Part shown: positions 1 through 9,634 of the stretch, in pieces
Layout: the number at the start of each line of letters is the position of its first letter
How positions within the stretch are numbered: the first letter of the stretch is position 1
IMG/VR virus record: IMGVR_UViG_3300045988_167796
Location: 4,032 to 68,031 of that record
Reading direction: 5' to 3' (one strand)
Length of the DNA: 64,000 bases
From: a virus
Translations under genes and position numbers: made by a program
Notes under the pieces: model-generated
Databases searched by the model: none
Seen by the model: the letters and a program-made list of their open reading frames with translations, nothing else
Told to the model about the DNA's origin: nothing

Positions 1-107
1 TAGAGCAAATAGAAGGTATCCTGACCAGGACGTTTATATTTTCGAAGCTACTCCAGAGCTTAAGACTGAGCTTGGAAAAATGATAAACGAATTGTAAGGA
101 GAAAGAT

Positions 108-986
108 ATGAGAGACTATAAACAAGACGAAAAAAAAGAATTTGACAGAAGTATATGCTTTACATTTTATGAAAGCTATTTCAAACAGATGGAACTTGTT
201 GAAAAAAATAATGGTGTTGAAGATGCATACAATGTATGTAAGTCTATTATAAGATACGCATTATACGGAGAATCTATTGAAGACGATAATATTAGGATGC
301 TTGTAGGAGAGTCATTATTGTGCAACGTAGACATTTCTCAAAAGCGTCGGTCACGGTCATTCGGTAAAGAGGACTTGGACATGAGTGAAAAGATAGTCAC
401 GTTACATCTTGACCGACCAGAATTATCACAGGATAAAATTGCAAAAACACTCGGTATCAGTAAAGGGAAGGTCAATAGAACTCTTAAAAAGTATGCTGCC
501 GGAGAATATGAAGGAATACTAAGTTTTTCTACTGATTCGCAACCGGTCAGTCACTCTACTATTACTTCTACTCCTACTAGTACTATTACTTCTACTCCTA
601 CTAGTACTGACCGTGACCGCGACCGAGGCGGATCACGTAGTGGCGGCTCTGAGGAGCCGAAGGGCTTCGCTGATGCTCCGCCAAAAAACGCTGCAGTTAA
701 AACTTCCTCTGAATGCGCTTCGCTTCTGCGTTCCGCAGACGCTACGCTTGCAAAAGAAAGAGAATTCAAATTTGATGGAGCATTTGATGATAAGACTATA
801 AGAGATATTATCTTAAGTACTTTCGAACGAGGATTTACAGAATATCATGATGACTTACCGTATTGGCATGAGCAAATAGTTGATGAGTTTACTGATAGTA
901 AAGGATGTTATCATTGTAATAATTATAATACTGTAAGTGAATATGTAGATGTTATGATGAATGTTTTATCAAATAATACATTATAA
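108..986 (+). CDS. DNA-binding protein with helix-turn-helix (IAKTLGISKGKVNRTLKKY) and a low-complexity TITSTPTST x2 / DRDRDR linker
   Basis: 292-aa ORF with SD taaggagaaag upstream. HTH-like segment. Internal 27-bp tandem repeat at 555-608. Confidence 0.5.
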   Translation: MRDYKQDEKKEFDRSICFTFYESYFKQMELVEKNNGVEDAYNVCKSIIRYALYGESIEDDNIRMLVGESLLCNVDISQKRRSRSFGKEDLDMSEKIVTLHLDRPELSQDKIAKTLGISKGKVNRTLKKYAAGEYEGILSFSTDSQPVSHSTITSTPTSTITSTPTSTDRDRDRGGSRSGGSEEPKGFADAPPKNAAVKTSSECASLLRSADATLAKEREFKFDGAFDDKTIRDIILSTFERGFTEYHDDLPYWHEQIVDEFTDSKGCYHCNNYNTVSEYVDVMMNVLSNNTL

Positions 987-988
987 TA

Positions 989-1002
989 AATAATATTAAA
1001 AA
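989..1002 (+). promoter_or_regulatory. conserved AATAATATTAAAAA motif (putative phage promoter element)
   Basis: Exact 14-mer, followed by TATAAT at 1015-1020. Confidence 0.4.
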
Positions 1003-1044
1003 GTAACGAAATAGTATAATAAACAAAGAAAGGAAACATGTATT

Positions 1045-1413
1045 ATGACAAGAGAAGAAGCTTTTAACATTCTGAAACCGTTTAGTGGAGATTATTGTGT
1101 GACCGGAGGCATATTACTTTGGCTTCCGGATCACCAGAAGTTTATATCTCTTGCTTTTGGAGATGGAAGTAATTTACTTGATGAGGATGAAGATGAAGGA
1201 TGTGTTGATTATATCTATATTGAAATCTATGAATGGGATGACGGAGAATTAATTGAAGATGATGGCGGTGAGATGATGCTTGATCAAGAAAATGTTGATG
1301 AATATAACTATGATATTACTCGTGCTGTTCCGGACGTATTAAAATTCATGGATTTAAATCTGGACGGTGAGGAAATTCCCAATTTCATTCCATTGCAGAA
1401 ATACGTTCATTGA
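1045..1413 (+). CDS. hypothetical acidic protein
   Basis: 122-aa ORF with SD aaaggaaac. Very acidic (DEDEDEG, DDGGEMM). Confidence 0.4.
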   Translation: MTREEAFNILKPFSGDYCVTGGILLWLPDHQKFISLAFGDGSNLLDEDEDEGCVDYIYIEIYEWDDGELIEDDGGEMMLDQENVDEYNYDITRAVPDVLKFMDLNLDGEEIPNFIPLQKYVH

Positions 1414-1428
1414 TATAGGAGGGCTTAT

Positions 1429-1671
1429 ATGGCTGGGATTAAATGTTGTATGGATTGTTCTGATCGTGTGTTAGGTTGTCACAGTACATGTCAGAAATAT
1501 ATCCATGAAAAGGAAGAATATGACAAGGTAACTCATCAAAAATTCTTATACGAAGTAAATATGAGAGCTGGTATGAAAGAGTCTGTAAATCGGATGACAA
1601 CTAGAAGATCATCTAACGGAATTTCATGCTGCCATAGCCATAAATATAGAAGACAAGGAGCTAGCGCATAA
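1429..1671 (+). CDS. small Cys-rich protein (CCMDC...C..HSTC)
   Basis: 80-aa ORF with SD aggaggg. Confidence 0.35.
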   Translation: MAGIKCCMDCSDRVLGCHSTCQKYIHEKEEYDKVTHQKFLYEVNMRAGMKESVNRMTTRRSSNGISCCHSHKYRRQGASA

Positions 1672-1862
1672 TGATACTTAATGATTTGCTTAATGTGATT
1701 GGTCATTCTGAATTTCTTATTGTAATGGATGGGCATGGAAATGAGATATACAGGTATGATGGCGTAATTTCTGAATACTACTCCAGTAGGAAAATAAATA
1801 GAATATACACGAAGAGAGTACAAAACGTACATGCGTTGATAGTTGAGCTTAAGGAGGATTAA
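1671..1862 (+). CDS. hypothetical protein
   Basis: 63-aa ORF coupled to the previous gene by a TAATGA overlap. Confidence 0.3.
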   Translation: MILNDLLNVIGHSEFLIVMDGHGNEIYRYDGVISEYYSSRKINRIYTKRVQNVHALIVELKED

Positions 1863-1864
1863 CT

Positions 1865-2176
1865 ATGAAAATGAGAACTGTATCGTTAGAAATTTACCAC
1901 AACATAGCACAGTACTTTAAAGAGTATTTACCTCAATATGAATTGCAGGAAGTTTTTCCTTATAGTGAAAATCCACGAGAGGATCATCTTTACATGGTGA
2001 TTGCTAAAAATAAGAAGTATCCAAAAATTAAACAAGATTTTGGTGGTGGTCCATGGGTATGTTGGACAAGCTGGAATGAAAAGACACAGAGCTTAAATTT
2101 TGGACATTACGATTTGAAGACATATGATGCTGCTTATGATATATGCATGGCTTTTTATAGGAGAATGATTTCATGA
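1865..2176 (+). CDS. hypothetical protein
   Basis: 103-aa ORF with SD aaggagg upstream. Confidence 0.4.
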   Translation: MKMRTVSLEIYHNIAQYFKEYLPQYELQEVFPYSENPREDHLYMVIAKNKKYPKIKQDFGGGPWVCWTSWNEKTQSLNFGHYDLKTYDAAYDICMAFYRRMIS

Positions 2177-2715
2177 AGACTGAAAAAGAGATGAGAGATG
2201 AATTGAAAGAATATTGTCAAAGTAAACCTGGTTGTAGTGAAGAATGCAAGTTACATAAATTTTTTGATGGATATGGATCGTGTCATAGTAGATGCGATTA
2301 TGTCACACTAAAAGAATATTATGAAATGGTATTTGGAAAGGAAGATAAAGAAATGGAAATGTTTAATAAAGAAGATATTAAGCCTGGATATTTATTAGAG
2401 ATTGAAGCAGATGGTGTTAAACACTTAGCTATTGTTACATATGGAAGCGTAGCCTTTTCAGGACAAAGACCTAATTTATGTTATTCATCTGAACATAAAT
2501 GGGGATCTATTGATAATCTTACAAAAGATTTATGTCATAAAGACAATACTATGTGTAAAGTTACTAAAGTATATGGGTATGCCTTAAATAGTGACGCTTA
2601 TAAGCTTGATACTTATCATCGTCCACTCTTATGGGAACGAAGAGAGCCAAAAGAAATGACTGTAGCGGAAATCGAAGAGCTTCTTGGATACCCAGTAAAA
2701 ATTGTAAAAGAATAA
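2173..2715 (+). CDS. hypothetical Cys-containing protein
   Basis: 180-aa ORF with a 4-nt ATGA overlap to the upstream gene. Confidence 0.4.
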   Translation: MKTEKEMRDELKEYCQSKPGCSEECKLHKFFDGYGSCHSRCDYVTLKEYYEMVFGKEDKEMEMFNKEDIKPGYLLEIEADGVKHLAIVTYGSVAFSGQRPNLCYSSEHKWGSIDNLTKDLCHKDNTMCKVTKVYGYALNSDAYKLDTYHRPLLWERREPKEMTVAEIEELLGYPVKIVKE

Positions 2716-2725
2716 CTATAAATAG

Positions 2726-2738
2726 ATAATATTAAAAA
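2726..2738 (+). promoter_or_regulatory. ATAATATTAAAAA motif
   Basis: Directly abuts the SD of the AAA+ ATPase gene. Confidence 0.4.
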
Positions 2739-2751
2739 GGAGAATGATAGA

Positions 2752-3849
2752 ATGAAAGTTATTAGTACAGGAAGTGTTTATAGCATTTATCCGGATGATT
2801 TACGGACACATGATAAGTTACCGGCACAGAGTTATATTGTTCGATTTAGCGATATGACAGGATTTAGTCTTGAAAAATATTCTAACATCGAAATTAAAGA
2901 AAAGATATACGGCGTACATGATCAGAAGTTGAAAAAGGTAATGGAAGCATTTAATGTATGTGAACGGAATTTGGGTGTTATTCTTTCTGGAGATAAAGGT
3001 ATTGGAAAATCTCTGTTTGCGAAAATGCTTGCAAAAAGTGTAATTGAATCAGGTATCCCGGTTATTGTAGTAGACAAGTTTTATCCGAGCATTGCTTCTT
3101 TTCTTGAAAGTATCGAGCAGGAAGTAATGGTGTTGTTTGATGAGTTTGACAAAACATTTGGTGAAGTGCAGCAGTCTGAAAACCTTGCGACACCTCAGTC
3201 AAGCTTACTGACATTGTTTGATGGAATATCACCAGGGAAAAAATTATATGTGATAACATGTAATGATATTTACAGTTTAAACGATTTTCTGATTAATAGA
3301 CCCGGAAGGTTCCATTATCATTTTAGATTTGGATATCCAAACGCAGATGAAGTTAAAGAGTATCTGAAGGATAAGATTGATGAGCAGTACTATGGAGAAA
3401 TTAAAAAGGTTGTAGAATTCTCAAAAAAGGTATTACTTAATTATGATTGTTTAAGAGCGATTGCATTTGAGTTAAATTTTGGAAGGAAATTTGAAAATGC
3501 AATAGAGGATCTGAACATTATGAATATGTATACAGAACGTTACACTATTACGCTTCATTATGAAAATGGATATAGTTTAAAATCTTATGTTGATATGGAT
3601 CTATTTGGAAATGATGATATATCACGTACTTTCCGTTCTAATGACGGGAATGAAGAACAGATAGTAAGAGTGAAATTTAATACGTCTGACAACCATTATG
3701 ATTATGAAAAACATTCTATTATAATTAATGGAGATAAAATTATGACAGAATATTATGATAATGATAAGTCAAAAGAAGTAAGTAAAATGAAACTTGAATA
3801 TATGTCTATTAAAAGAGAAAAGCCTGATAACTATCATTATGCAGTGTAA
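2752..3849 (+). CDS. AAA+ family ATPase
   Basis: Walker A GDKGIGKS and Walker B VLFDEFDK. Preceded by AATAATATTAAAAA-like motif plus SD aaaggagaa. Confidence 0.6.
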   Translation: MKVISTGSVYSIYPDDLRTHDKLPAQSYIVRFSDMTGFSLEKYSNIEIKEKIYGVHDQKLKKVMEAFNVCERNLGVILSGDKGIGKSLFAKMLAKSVIESGIPVIVVDKFYPSIASFLESIEQEVMVLFDEFDKTFGEVQQSENLATPQSSLLTLFDGISPGKKLYVITCNDIYSLNDFLINRPGRFHYHFRFGYPNADEVKEYLKDKIDEQYYGEIKKVVEFSKKVLLNYDCLRAIAFELNFGRKFENAIEDLNIMNMYTERYTITLHYENGYSLKSYVDMDLFGNDDISRTFRSNDGNEEQIVRVKFNTSDNHYDYEKHSIIINGDKIMTEYYDNDKSKEVSKMKLEYMSIKREKPDNYHYAV

Positions 3850-3860
3850 AGGATATAAAA

Positions 3861-4271
3861 ATGGAAGTAAGTAAAGAGATTATTGAAGTACTTGATTATA
3901 TTGGTGACAAGTTTGGAATTGCTGTGAATTGGACGGATAAAAACGTCCTTCCATATGTGCAGCAGTTATGTGAGAAATTTATTAAATGGGATATTGCAAC
4001 ATCAGTTTACTGGATTGGATTCGCTATCATATTTGTTATCGCTGGTATTGTGTTAGTAAAATACGGAAAGAAATTTATAAATAAAGCGGAAGATATGGAT
4101 GATATGCATTTTGGTTTAGGAGTTACGTATATTGTTTTAGCAGTTTGTTTATTCGTAATATCTTTTATCATAATTCCATGTCAGATATATGATATTGTTA
4201 AGGATTGTTATATGCCAGAATTAAGATTATATGAATATGCAAAATCATTTATTTCAAATAATACGAGGTAA
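3861..4271 (+). CDS. membrane protein (2-3 predicted TM helices)
   Basis: Hydrophobic stretches WIGFAIIFVIAGIVLV and IVLAVCLFVISFIIIP. Confidence 0.45.
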   Translation: MEVSKEIIEVLDYIGDKFGIAVNWTDKNVLPYVQQLCEKFIKWDIATSVYWIGFAIIFVIAGIVLVKYGKKFINKAEDMDDMHFGLGVTYIVLAVCLFVISFIIIPCQIYDIVKDCYMPELRLYEYAKSFISNNTR

Positions 4272-4276
4272 AAATT

Positions 4277-4813
4277 ATGATTGAAAAAGCAGAGAGAGGT
4301 AAGAGATATAAAGTAATTAGTGATGACGAAAATATCTTTAAACCTGGAGATGTTGTTGTTGCTTTAGAATGTAGTAGTTTACCACTTTGCGTTCTTGAAG
4401 CGGTATTTAAAGAAAAAAATTATAGCTTTGATATATGTAAATATAACTCCAATGAATTTGGTGCGTTATGGGTAATAGAACTTGAAGAGTTAGAAGATGA
4501 GAATAGATATGAGAAAAAACTTGAAATATCTAAGATGCTAACTATTTCTACTGCGCATATTACTCCGGAAACATACGATGGAATAGTATGTGCGTATTTT
4601 GATGGAGATGATGAATACATTACATATCCATTTTATTTAAAAGATGGATATGGCTGGTTTATTTGTACGGATGAAAATTATGCAAATGAATCTAATCCAG
4701 AATGTATAAAGGATTGTATGAAATTTGCAAGAGAGCATGGGTGCGACTGGTTATGCTTAGATTCTGATGGACCTATTGTGGATGGTTTACCTGTGTATGA
4801 ATGGAAAAAATGA
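4277..4813 (+). CDS. hypothetical protein
   Basis: 178-aa ORF with SD acgaggtaaaa. Confidence 0.4.
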   Translation: MIEKAERGKRYKVISDDENIFKPGDVVVALECSSLPLCVLEAVFKEKNYSFDICKYNSNEFGALWVIELEELEDENRYEKKLEISKMLTISTAHITPETYDGIVCAYFDGDDEYITYPFYLKDGYGWFICTDENYANESNPECIKDCMKFAREHGCDWLCLDSDGPIVDGLPVYEWKK

Positions 4814-4836
4814 TACATTTTTTTTGGTTGATAATA

Positions 4837-4850
4837 AATAATATTAAAAA
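4837..4850 (+). promoter_or_regulatory. AATAATATTAAAAA motif
   Basis: Upstream of the DUF932 gene. Confidence 0.4.
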
Positions 4851-4886
4851 TAATGAAAATAATTTATATTTAAGGAGGATTTTATT

Positions 4887-5822
4887 ATGTCGGCAAATGT
4901 AGAAAGTATCTTTAGCGTAAGGGAAACACCATGGCACGGATTAGGAACAATTGTTCAGGATGCACCAGATTCAAAAGAAGCGATCAAGTTAGCAGGTCTT
5001 GATTGGAAAGTAGAACAGTCAGATGTTATCTGCGCTGCAGATGGATCTATCATTCCTGGATTCAAAGCAAATATCAGAGATATTGATGGAAAAGTACTTG
5101 GTATGGTAACTGACAGATACAGAATTGTACAAAATGAAGAAGCGTTTGCTTTTACAGATGCGCTTCTTGGCGAAGGAGTCCGGTATGAGACAGCCGGATC
5201 ACTTGCTTCCGGTAAGAGAGTGTGGATGTTGGCCAGAATGGAAGGCAGAATGATGACTGATGAGAAGGTTGATCCATATCTTGTGTTTACAAATAGTCAT
5301 GATGGTACAGGGGCAATCAGAGTTGCAATTACGCCTGTAAGAGTTGTATGCCAGAATACACTTAACTTTGCTCTTAGAACTGCTGAACGTCAGTGGAGTT
5401 GCGTTCATGTTGGTGATATTCAGAGCAAAATGGAAGATGCAAGATTAACTCTTATGAATGCTGAGAATTATATGGAAGCGCTGGAAGAGGAATTTGGCGA
5501 ACTGAAAATGAAGAAAATGGATTCCGATAAAGTAAAGAAATATATCGACGATCTCCTTCCTATTGATGAAAAAGATTCTGATAGAAAGAAAAGAAACATC
5601 CAGGGACTGAGAGATGATCTGATGTGCCGGTATCTGTTCGCTCCGGATCTGATGCCAATTGAACAGTCTGCTTACAGATTTGTGAATGCGGTAAGTGATT
5701 TTGCTACACACAGGGCGCCGAAGAGAAACACTGCTAACTATAAAGAGAATCTGTTTATGAAGACAGTTGATGGAAATGCACTTATTGATCAGGCTTATAA
5801 AATGTGTGCTGCAGCAGCTTAA
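4887..5822 (+). CDS. DUF932 / phage-plasmid-like protein (TIGR03299-like)
   Basis: N-terminal PWHGLGT...EAIKLAGLDWKVE is the hallmark of this family. Strong SD taaggagga. Confidence 0.5.
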   Translation: MSANVESIFSVRETPWHGLGTIVQDAPDSKEAIKLAGLDWKVEQSDVICAADGSIIPGFKANIRDIDGKVLGMVTDRYRIVQNEEAFAFTDALLGEGVRYETAGSLASGKRVWMLARMEGRMMTDEKVDPYLVFTNSHDGTGAIRVAITPVRVVCQNTLNFALRTAERQWSCVHVGDIQSKMEDARLTLMNAENYMEALEEEFGELKMKKMDSDKVKKYIDDLLPIDEKDSDRKKRNIQGLRDDLMCRYLFAPDLMPIEQSAYRFVNAVSDFATHRAPKRNTANYKENLFMKTVDGNALIDQAYKMCAAAA

Positions 5823-5866
5823 TGCTGCGGTACACATAAAAAACAGTTAATAAGGAGAGTGATAAT

Positions 5867-6076
5867 ATGACAATAAGACAGGCAGGAAAAGGAGTCGTAG
5901 TTGGAGATACAGGAATGCAAACATATAGAATTGGTTTCGTCAATCTTTATGGAGAAGAAGATGAAACTGAAATAAACGCTAATAATATGAAAGATCTGGA
6001 ACAATTATGGTCTTCACTTTGCGATGAATTTGAATGTAGAAGAAATAGTGTAACGTATATTGAAAGGATGTGTTAA
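5867..6076 (+). CDS. hypothetical small protein
   Basis: 69-aa ORF with SD aaggagagtga. Confidence 0.35.
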   Translation: MTIRQAGKGVVVGDTGMQTYRIGFVNLYGEEDETEINANNMKDLEQLWSSLCDEFECRRNSVTYIERMC

Positions 6077-6078
6077 TA

Positions 6079-6462
6079 ATGAAAAAGTTAACAAAAGAAC
6101 AGGCAGTTGCAGAGCATAGAAAAATGTGGAACTGGATTGCTGACCAATTAGAAAATGGAAGTACATCCACTGTTGGCTTATTAAAAGAGGAATATTGTAA
6201 AATAAATAAATTTAATTTACTTGAGGATTGTTTTTGTTGTGAATACGCTAGAATGCAAATTAATAATAGTAATTGTAAATCATGTCCGATATTATGGGGA
6301 TCGGAAGATAATACGGATAGATTTTATTGTGAATATGGTAATAACGGAGAAATGAATAAAGGATTATGGTGGATTGCACAAATTTATTCATTTAAACACA
6401 AATATGAAGAAGCGGCTAAAATCGCAAGACAGATTGCTGATTTACCAGAGAGAAAAGATTGA
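6079..6462 (+). CDS. Cys-rich protein, paralogue family member 1 (LTKEEA..H..WN.IA / CCEY...C..CP / IA.LPER)
   Basis: Shares N-terminal, Cys-cluster and C-terminal motifs with 8737-9321 and 9635-10012. ATG at 6079 fits SD gaaagga better than GTG at 6070. Confidence 0.5.
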   Translation: MKKLTKEQAVAEHRKMWNWIADQLENGSTSTVGLLKEEYCKINKFNLLEDCFCCEYARMQINNSNCKSCPILWGSEDNTDRFYCEYGNNGEMNKGLWWIAQIYSFKHKYEEAAKIARQIADLPERKD

Positions 6463-6476
6463 TTGAGGTGATAGTT

Positions 6477-6662
6477 ATGGCAAAAGATAGAGAAACACCA
6501 TGTAAATCATATGTATGTGAAGGAGAATGTAAAAAAGGAAGGGAAGCAGAACATAAAGGGTATTGCCAGAGATGCGATAAATATGTACCGAGAGTGAAAG
6601 AGAGACATATTAATAGGAAGAAACAGGAACTTGAAAAGATTCGGATGAAAGAAATGGAGTGA
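6477..6662 (+). CDS. small zinc-ribbon protein (CKSYVCEGEC...CQRCDKY)
   Basis: SD gaggtga then ATG at 6477. Confidence 0.4.
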   Translation: MAKDRETPCKSYVCEGECKKGREAEHKGYCQRCDKYVPRVKERHINRKKQELEKIRMKEME

Positions 6663-6670
6663 AATAAATA

Positions 6671-6997
6671 ATGTTTAGTGAAGAAAAAGCAAGAAAAATT
6701 GCAGAGGATTTTCTATCTAAAGCGAATCCTACTAACTGGAATGGAGTTGGCAGAAGACCAAAAAATTTTAGTACAGGCATTGTTACGTATAATATTGATT
6801 CTATAAACGGGAATGAATTAGATAGTTCTTTTGAGTATTTAGATGAAGACGAATCTGATATTCCAGGATGGACACATTATTGTGAATTACGTGATAAAGA
6901 AACAGGAGATCTTATGATTCCTTTGCATGGATACGGAATTGATTCTGTGCAGAATCTGGTTGATACAATTATGGATATTTGCTCAGATGAAAATTGA
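6671..6997 (+). CDS. hypothetical protein
   Basis: 108-aa ORF with SD ggagtga. Confidence 0.4.
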   Translation: MFSEEKARKIAEDFLSKANPTNWNGVGRRPKNFSTGIVTYNIDSINGNELDSSFEYLDEDESDIPGWTHYCELRDKETGDLMIPLHGYGIDSVQNLVDTIMDICSDEN

Positions 6998-7014
6998 AGA
7001 AATGGAGTGAAATT

Positions 7015-7197
7015 ATGGAAACTGTAGCTGAGGATATGATCATGTTATTGATTAAAAAGTGCAAATCTAAAAATGTGAAAAAAGGGTTAGAAATTGCATT
7101 GGATATTGTATCAAATTCCGGATACTACAATTATAGTGACTGTAATAATATGACAGAAAAAGAACAATGGAATGAAGTAAAAGAATATTTAAAGTGA
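7015..7197 (+). CDS. hypothetical small protein
   Basis: ATG 7015 after SD ggagtga. The same 14-mer gaaatggagtgaaat also precedes 6671. Confidence 0.35.
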   Translation: METVAEDMIMLLIKKCKSKNVKKGLEIALDIVSNSGYYNYSDCNNMTEKEQWNEVKEYLK

Positions 7198-7381
7198 CGA
7201 GGATATTATATGACAGTTGCAGAATTATATGAATGGGCTAAAGAAAGAGATTTGCTAGATAAGCAGATTGCAAAACACTTTAATTTTAGTATTGCAGATG
7301 TGAATGCTGTTTATTATCTGACAAAAGAAGAAATTATGGATACAGACGGAAGAGTAGTAATTGATTAAGGAGGAACATTTT

Positions 7382-7810
7382 ATGTTAAAAGAAAAATTAA
7401 CAATAGAAAGAAGAAAAGCAGTTTTGTTAACAGTGGACATTTCCGGCAAACATTCTGATGGGAACGAACGGTTAAAAGAATACGCTCTTGCCTGGTTAAA
7501 ACTTACTAATAACGCAAGAGAATATAAAAATATGATCTGGAAGATAGAAAATAATCGTAATAATGATTGGGTATATGTGTGGTGCAACCCTAAATCTGCA
7601 GAAAATATTAAGGACTTTTGCAATCATATTATCAGTTCATATGATTCTACTGCAGATAAAATGAATTACATTGGAAAGGTGATTGATGAAGAAGAAGTTG
7701 AAGTTGGATTTCCTATATATGAATACGAAAGTACATGTGATTCAAATAATCCACAGTGGGAAGAAGATATTGAAAGCTCTATTTCTGATTGGATGTATGT
7801 AATGGAATGA
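7382..7810 (+). CDS. hypothetical protein
   Basis: SD aaggagg, then ATG at 7382. Confidence 0.4.
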   Translation: MLKEKLTIERRKAVLLTVDISGKHSDGNERLKEYALAWLKLTNNAREYKNMIWKIENNRNNDWVYVWCNPKSAENIKDFCNHIISSYDSTADKMNYIGKVIDEEEVEVGFPIYEYESTCDSNNPQWEEDIESSISDWMYVME

Positions 7811-7821
7811 GGTGAATGAAT

Positions 7822-8337
7822 ATGAAATATATGATTAAATGGGATATTGATACAGATGGAGATTTTGGATTTGCAGATTATTACACCAGAGATAGAGAAA
7901 AATATGGACACGATGGCGATGAGAATTATTCTGGAGTTGTATGTTTTAATGATGTGTGTAAGGCAAGAGAATTTTTACGTACAATGTTATCAGATCTTCA
8001 TGTAACAAGCAGTCATTATTGGTTATTGCAGGATATATATGAAAAATTCGAAGCATTAATTTCATTTTGCAATGAAGGAGAGCGTGGATATTGTGATGAA
8101 ACATTTGACGGGAATGCAGAAGGTTATATTAGTGTCGCAATTTTAAAAGATGAAGAAGTAAATAAAGAAGATACACCAGAAGAATACAAATATTATTATG
8201 TATCATACAGCGGAAGCACGATTGTAAGCGCAAGGAATGAAGATGAAGCTTGTGAGCTTGCTGCAGATCAAATTAACTTGGAAGATATAAATGCTTATGA
8301 GACGGATGAAAATGGCTTTTTAATTGATCTTCCATAA
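7822..8337 (+). CDS. hypothetical acidic protein
   Basis: SD gaggtga, then ATG at 7822. Confidence 0.4.
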   Translation: MKYMIKWDIDTDGDFGFADYYTRDREKYGHDGDENYSGVVCFNDVCKAREFLRTMLSDLHVTSSHYWLLQDIYEKFEALISFCNEGERGYCDETFDGNAEGYISVAILKDEEVNKEDTPEEYKYYYVSYSGSTIVSARNEDEACELAADQINLEDINAYETDENGFLIDLP

Positions 8338-8351
8338 CGGAGGTGAATTAC

Positions 8352-8564
8352 ATGACACACGCAATAAAAAACCTGGAGACATATGAACGGACATATTTTG
8401 TACAGGCTGATACATTCGATGAAGCTCGTGAGAAACTTGAGGATGCTATCCAGAATGGAAAAATCAATGGTCCTGAAGAATGCAGTGATACTGAATACAT
8501 TAATGACAGTGAAGGATGGGATCCTGATTACTTTAATGATCCAGTAAATTTAGATTTGAAATAG
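8352..8564 (+). CDS. hypothetical small acidic protein
   Basis: SD ggaggtg, then ATG at 8352. Confidence 0.4.
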   Translation: MTHAIKNLETYERTYFVQADTFDEAREKLEDAIQNGKINGPEECSDTEYINDSEGWDPDYFNDPVNLDLK

Positions 8565-8572
8565 GAGAACTT

Positions 8573-8740
8573 ATGGAAAAATACGTAGATAAACACGGAA
8601 GAGTAGCGGAAGTACACACTGATATAAATGGTAAATGTTTTGCCTATATTAAAGATAAAAGAGAATATTCACCTTTATTCCCTGATAAAAAGAATCTTGT
8701 TAAATGGTTGGTAAGAGAAGGATATGAGGAGGTAGCATGA
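8573..8740 (+). CDS. hypothetical small protein (55 aa, below ORF-track cutoff)
   Basis: SD aggagaac, ATG 8573. Stop overlaps the next start (ATGATG). Confidence 0.35.
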   Translation: MEKYVDKHGRVAEVHTDINGKCFAYIKDKREYSPLFPDKKNLVKWLVREGYEEVA

Positions 8741-9321
8741 TGAGAGAGTATGATTTTGAGGTGATTATTTGTAGTGAAAAATGTGATGGGTGTGTGACTG
8801 TTGAAGCAAGTGATAAAGACGATGCTATAAATAAAGCAATAAAATATGTTGGTGATAAATTATACGAAGCTCTTCCTGAATTAGATATTGAATATGGAGT
8901 AAATTTTATTGAAGATGATGAATACAAAAAAGAAGAGAACAAGATTAAAAACGATAAAGATGTTCTTACAAAAGAAGAAGCTGTTAGACTTCATCGTGAG
9001 TTATGGAATAAGATTGCAGAATTAATTAAAGAAAATGGCATTGAAAAATATGACTACAATATTGACAAAATAAAAAAATCTGCATTAGAAGAATTAGGAT
9101 ATGATCCTAAAAATATTTATGAGTATTGTTGGTGCTGCGAATATAATAATGAACATGGTGGATATCGATGCAAGAGATGCCCTGTAGAGTGGGATAATAT
9201 AATATGTTCAGAATCAGAATTTGGAGAGTTTTGGTATGCTGTAGAAGACGAAGAGAGTGAAGAACTTGCTTATAATATTGCTATTAAAATAGCAAATTTA
9301 CCAGAAAGAGAGGATGTTTAA
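8737..9321 (+). CDS. Cys-rich protein, paralogue family member 2 (with ~80-aa N-terminal extension)
   Basis: C-terminal 110 aa align with members 1 and 3 (LTKEEAVRLHRELWNKIAELI, CWCCEY..C.RCPVEW, IANLPERED). SD gaggagg. Confidence 0.5.
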   Translation: MMREYDFEVIICSEKCDGCVTVEASDKDDAINKAIKYVGDKLYEALPELDIEYGVNFIEDDEYKKEENKIKNDKDVLTKEEAVRLHRELWNKIAELIKENGIEKYDYNIDKIKKSALEELGYDPKNIYEYCWCCEYNNEHGGYRCKRCPVEWDNIICSESEFGEFWYAVEDEESEELAYNIAIKIANLPEREDV

Positions 9322-9323
9322 TT

Positions 9324-9629
9324 ATGAAGAAGATTATTAATGGAAAAAAATATGATACAGATACTGCGAAACTCATGGGTACATATACAAACGGAAGATC
9401 GTATTCTGATTTAGAATTTATGATGAGAGAATTATATAAGAAAAGAACAGGGGAATTCTTCTTGTATAATACTGGTGGTCCAATGAGTGTGATGGCCGTA
9501 TACAACGGAAATAGTATTAGTGGATCAGAAGAGATTGTTCCAGTTACTGAGGAAGAAGCAAAAGAATGGGCTGAGGAATGGTTAAGTGCTGATAAATACG
9601 AGATAATTTTCGGAGAAGTGGAGGAATGA
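9324..9629 (+). CDS. hypothetical protein
   Basis: 101-aa ORF with TAATTATGA coupling to the upstream gene. Confidence 0.4.
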   Translation: MKKIINGKKYDTDTAKLMGTYTNGRSYSDLEFMMRELYKKRTGEFFLYNTGGPMSVMAVYNGNSISGSEEIVPVTEEEAKEWAEEWLSADKYEIIFGEVEE

Positions 9630-9634
9630 TTAAA

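Noticed and set aside
6070-9634. Longer upstream in-frame starts from the ORF track (6070, 6459, 6994, 7361, 7816, 8343, 9626 and others)
   Set aside because: These put the SD inside the coding sequence or 0-2 nt from the start. The next in-frame ATG has proper 5-10 nt SD spacing.
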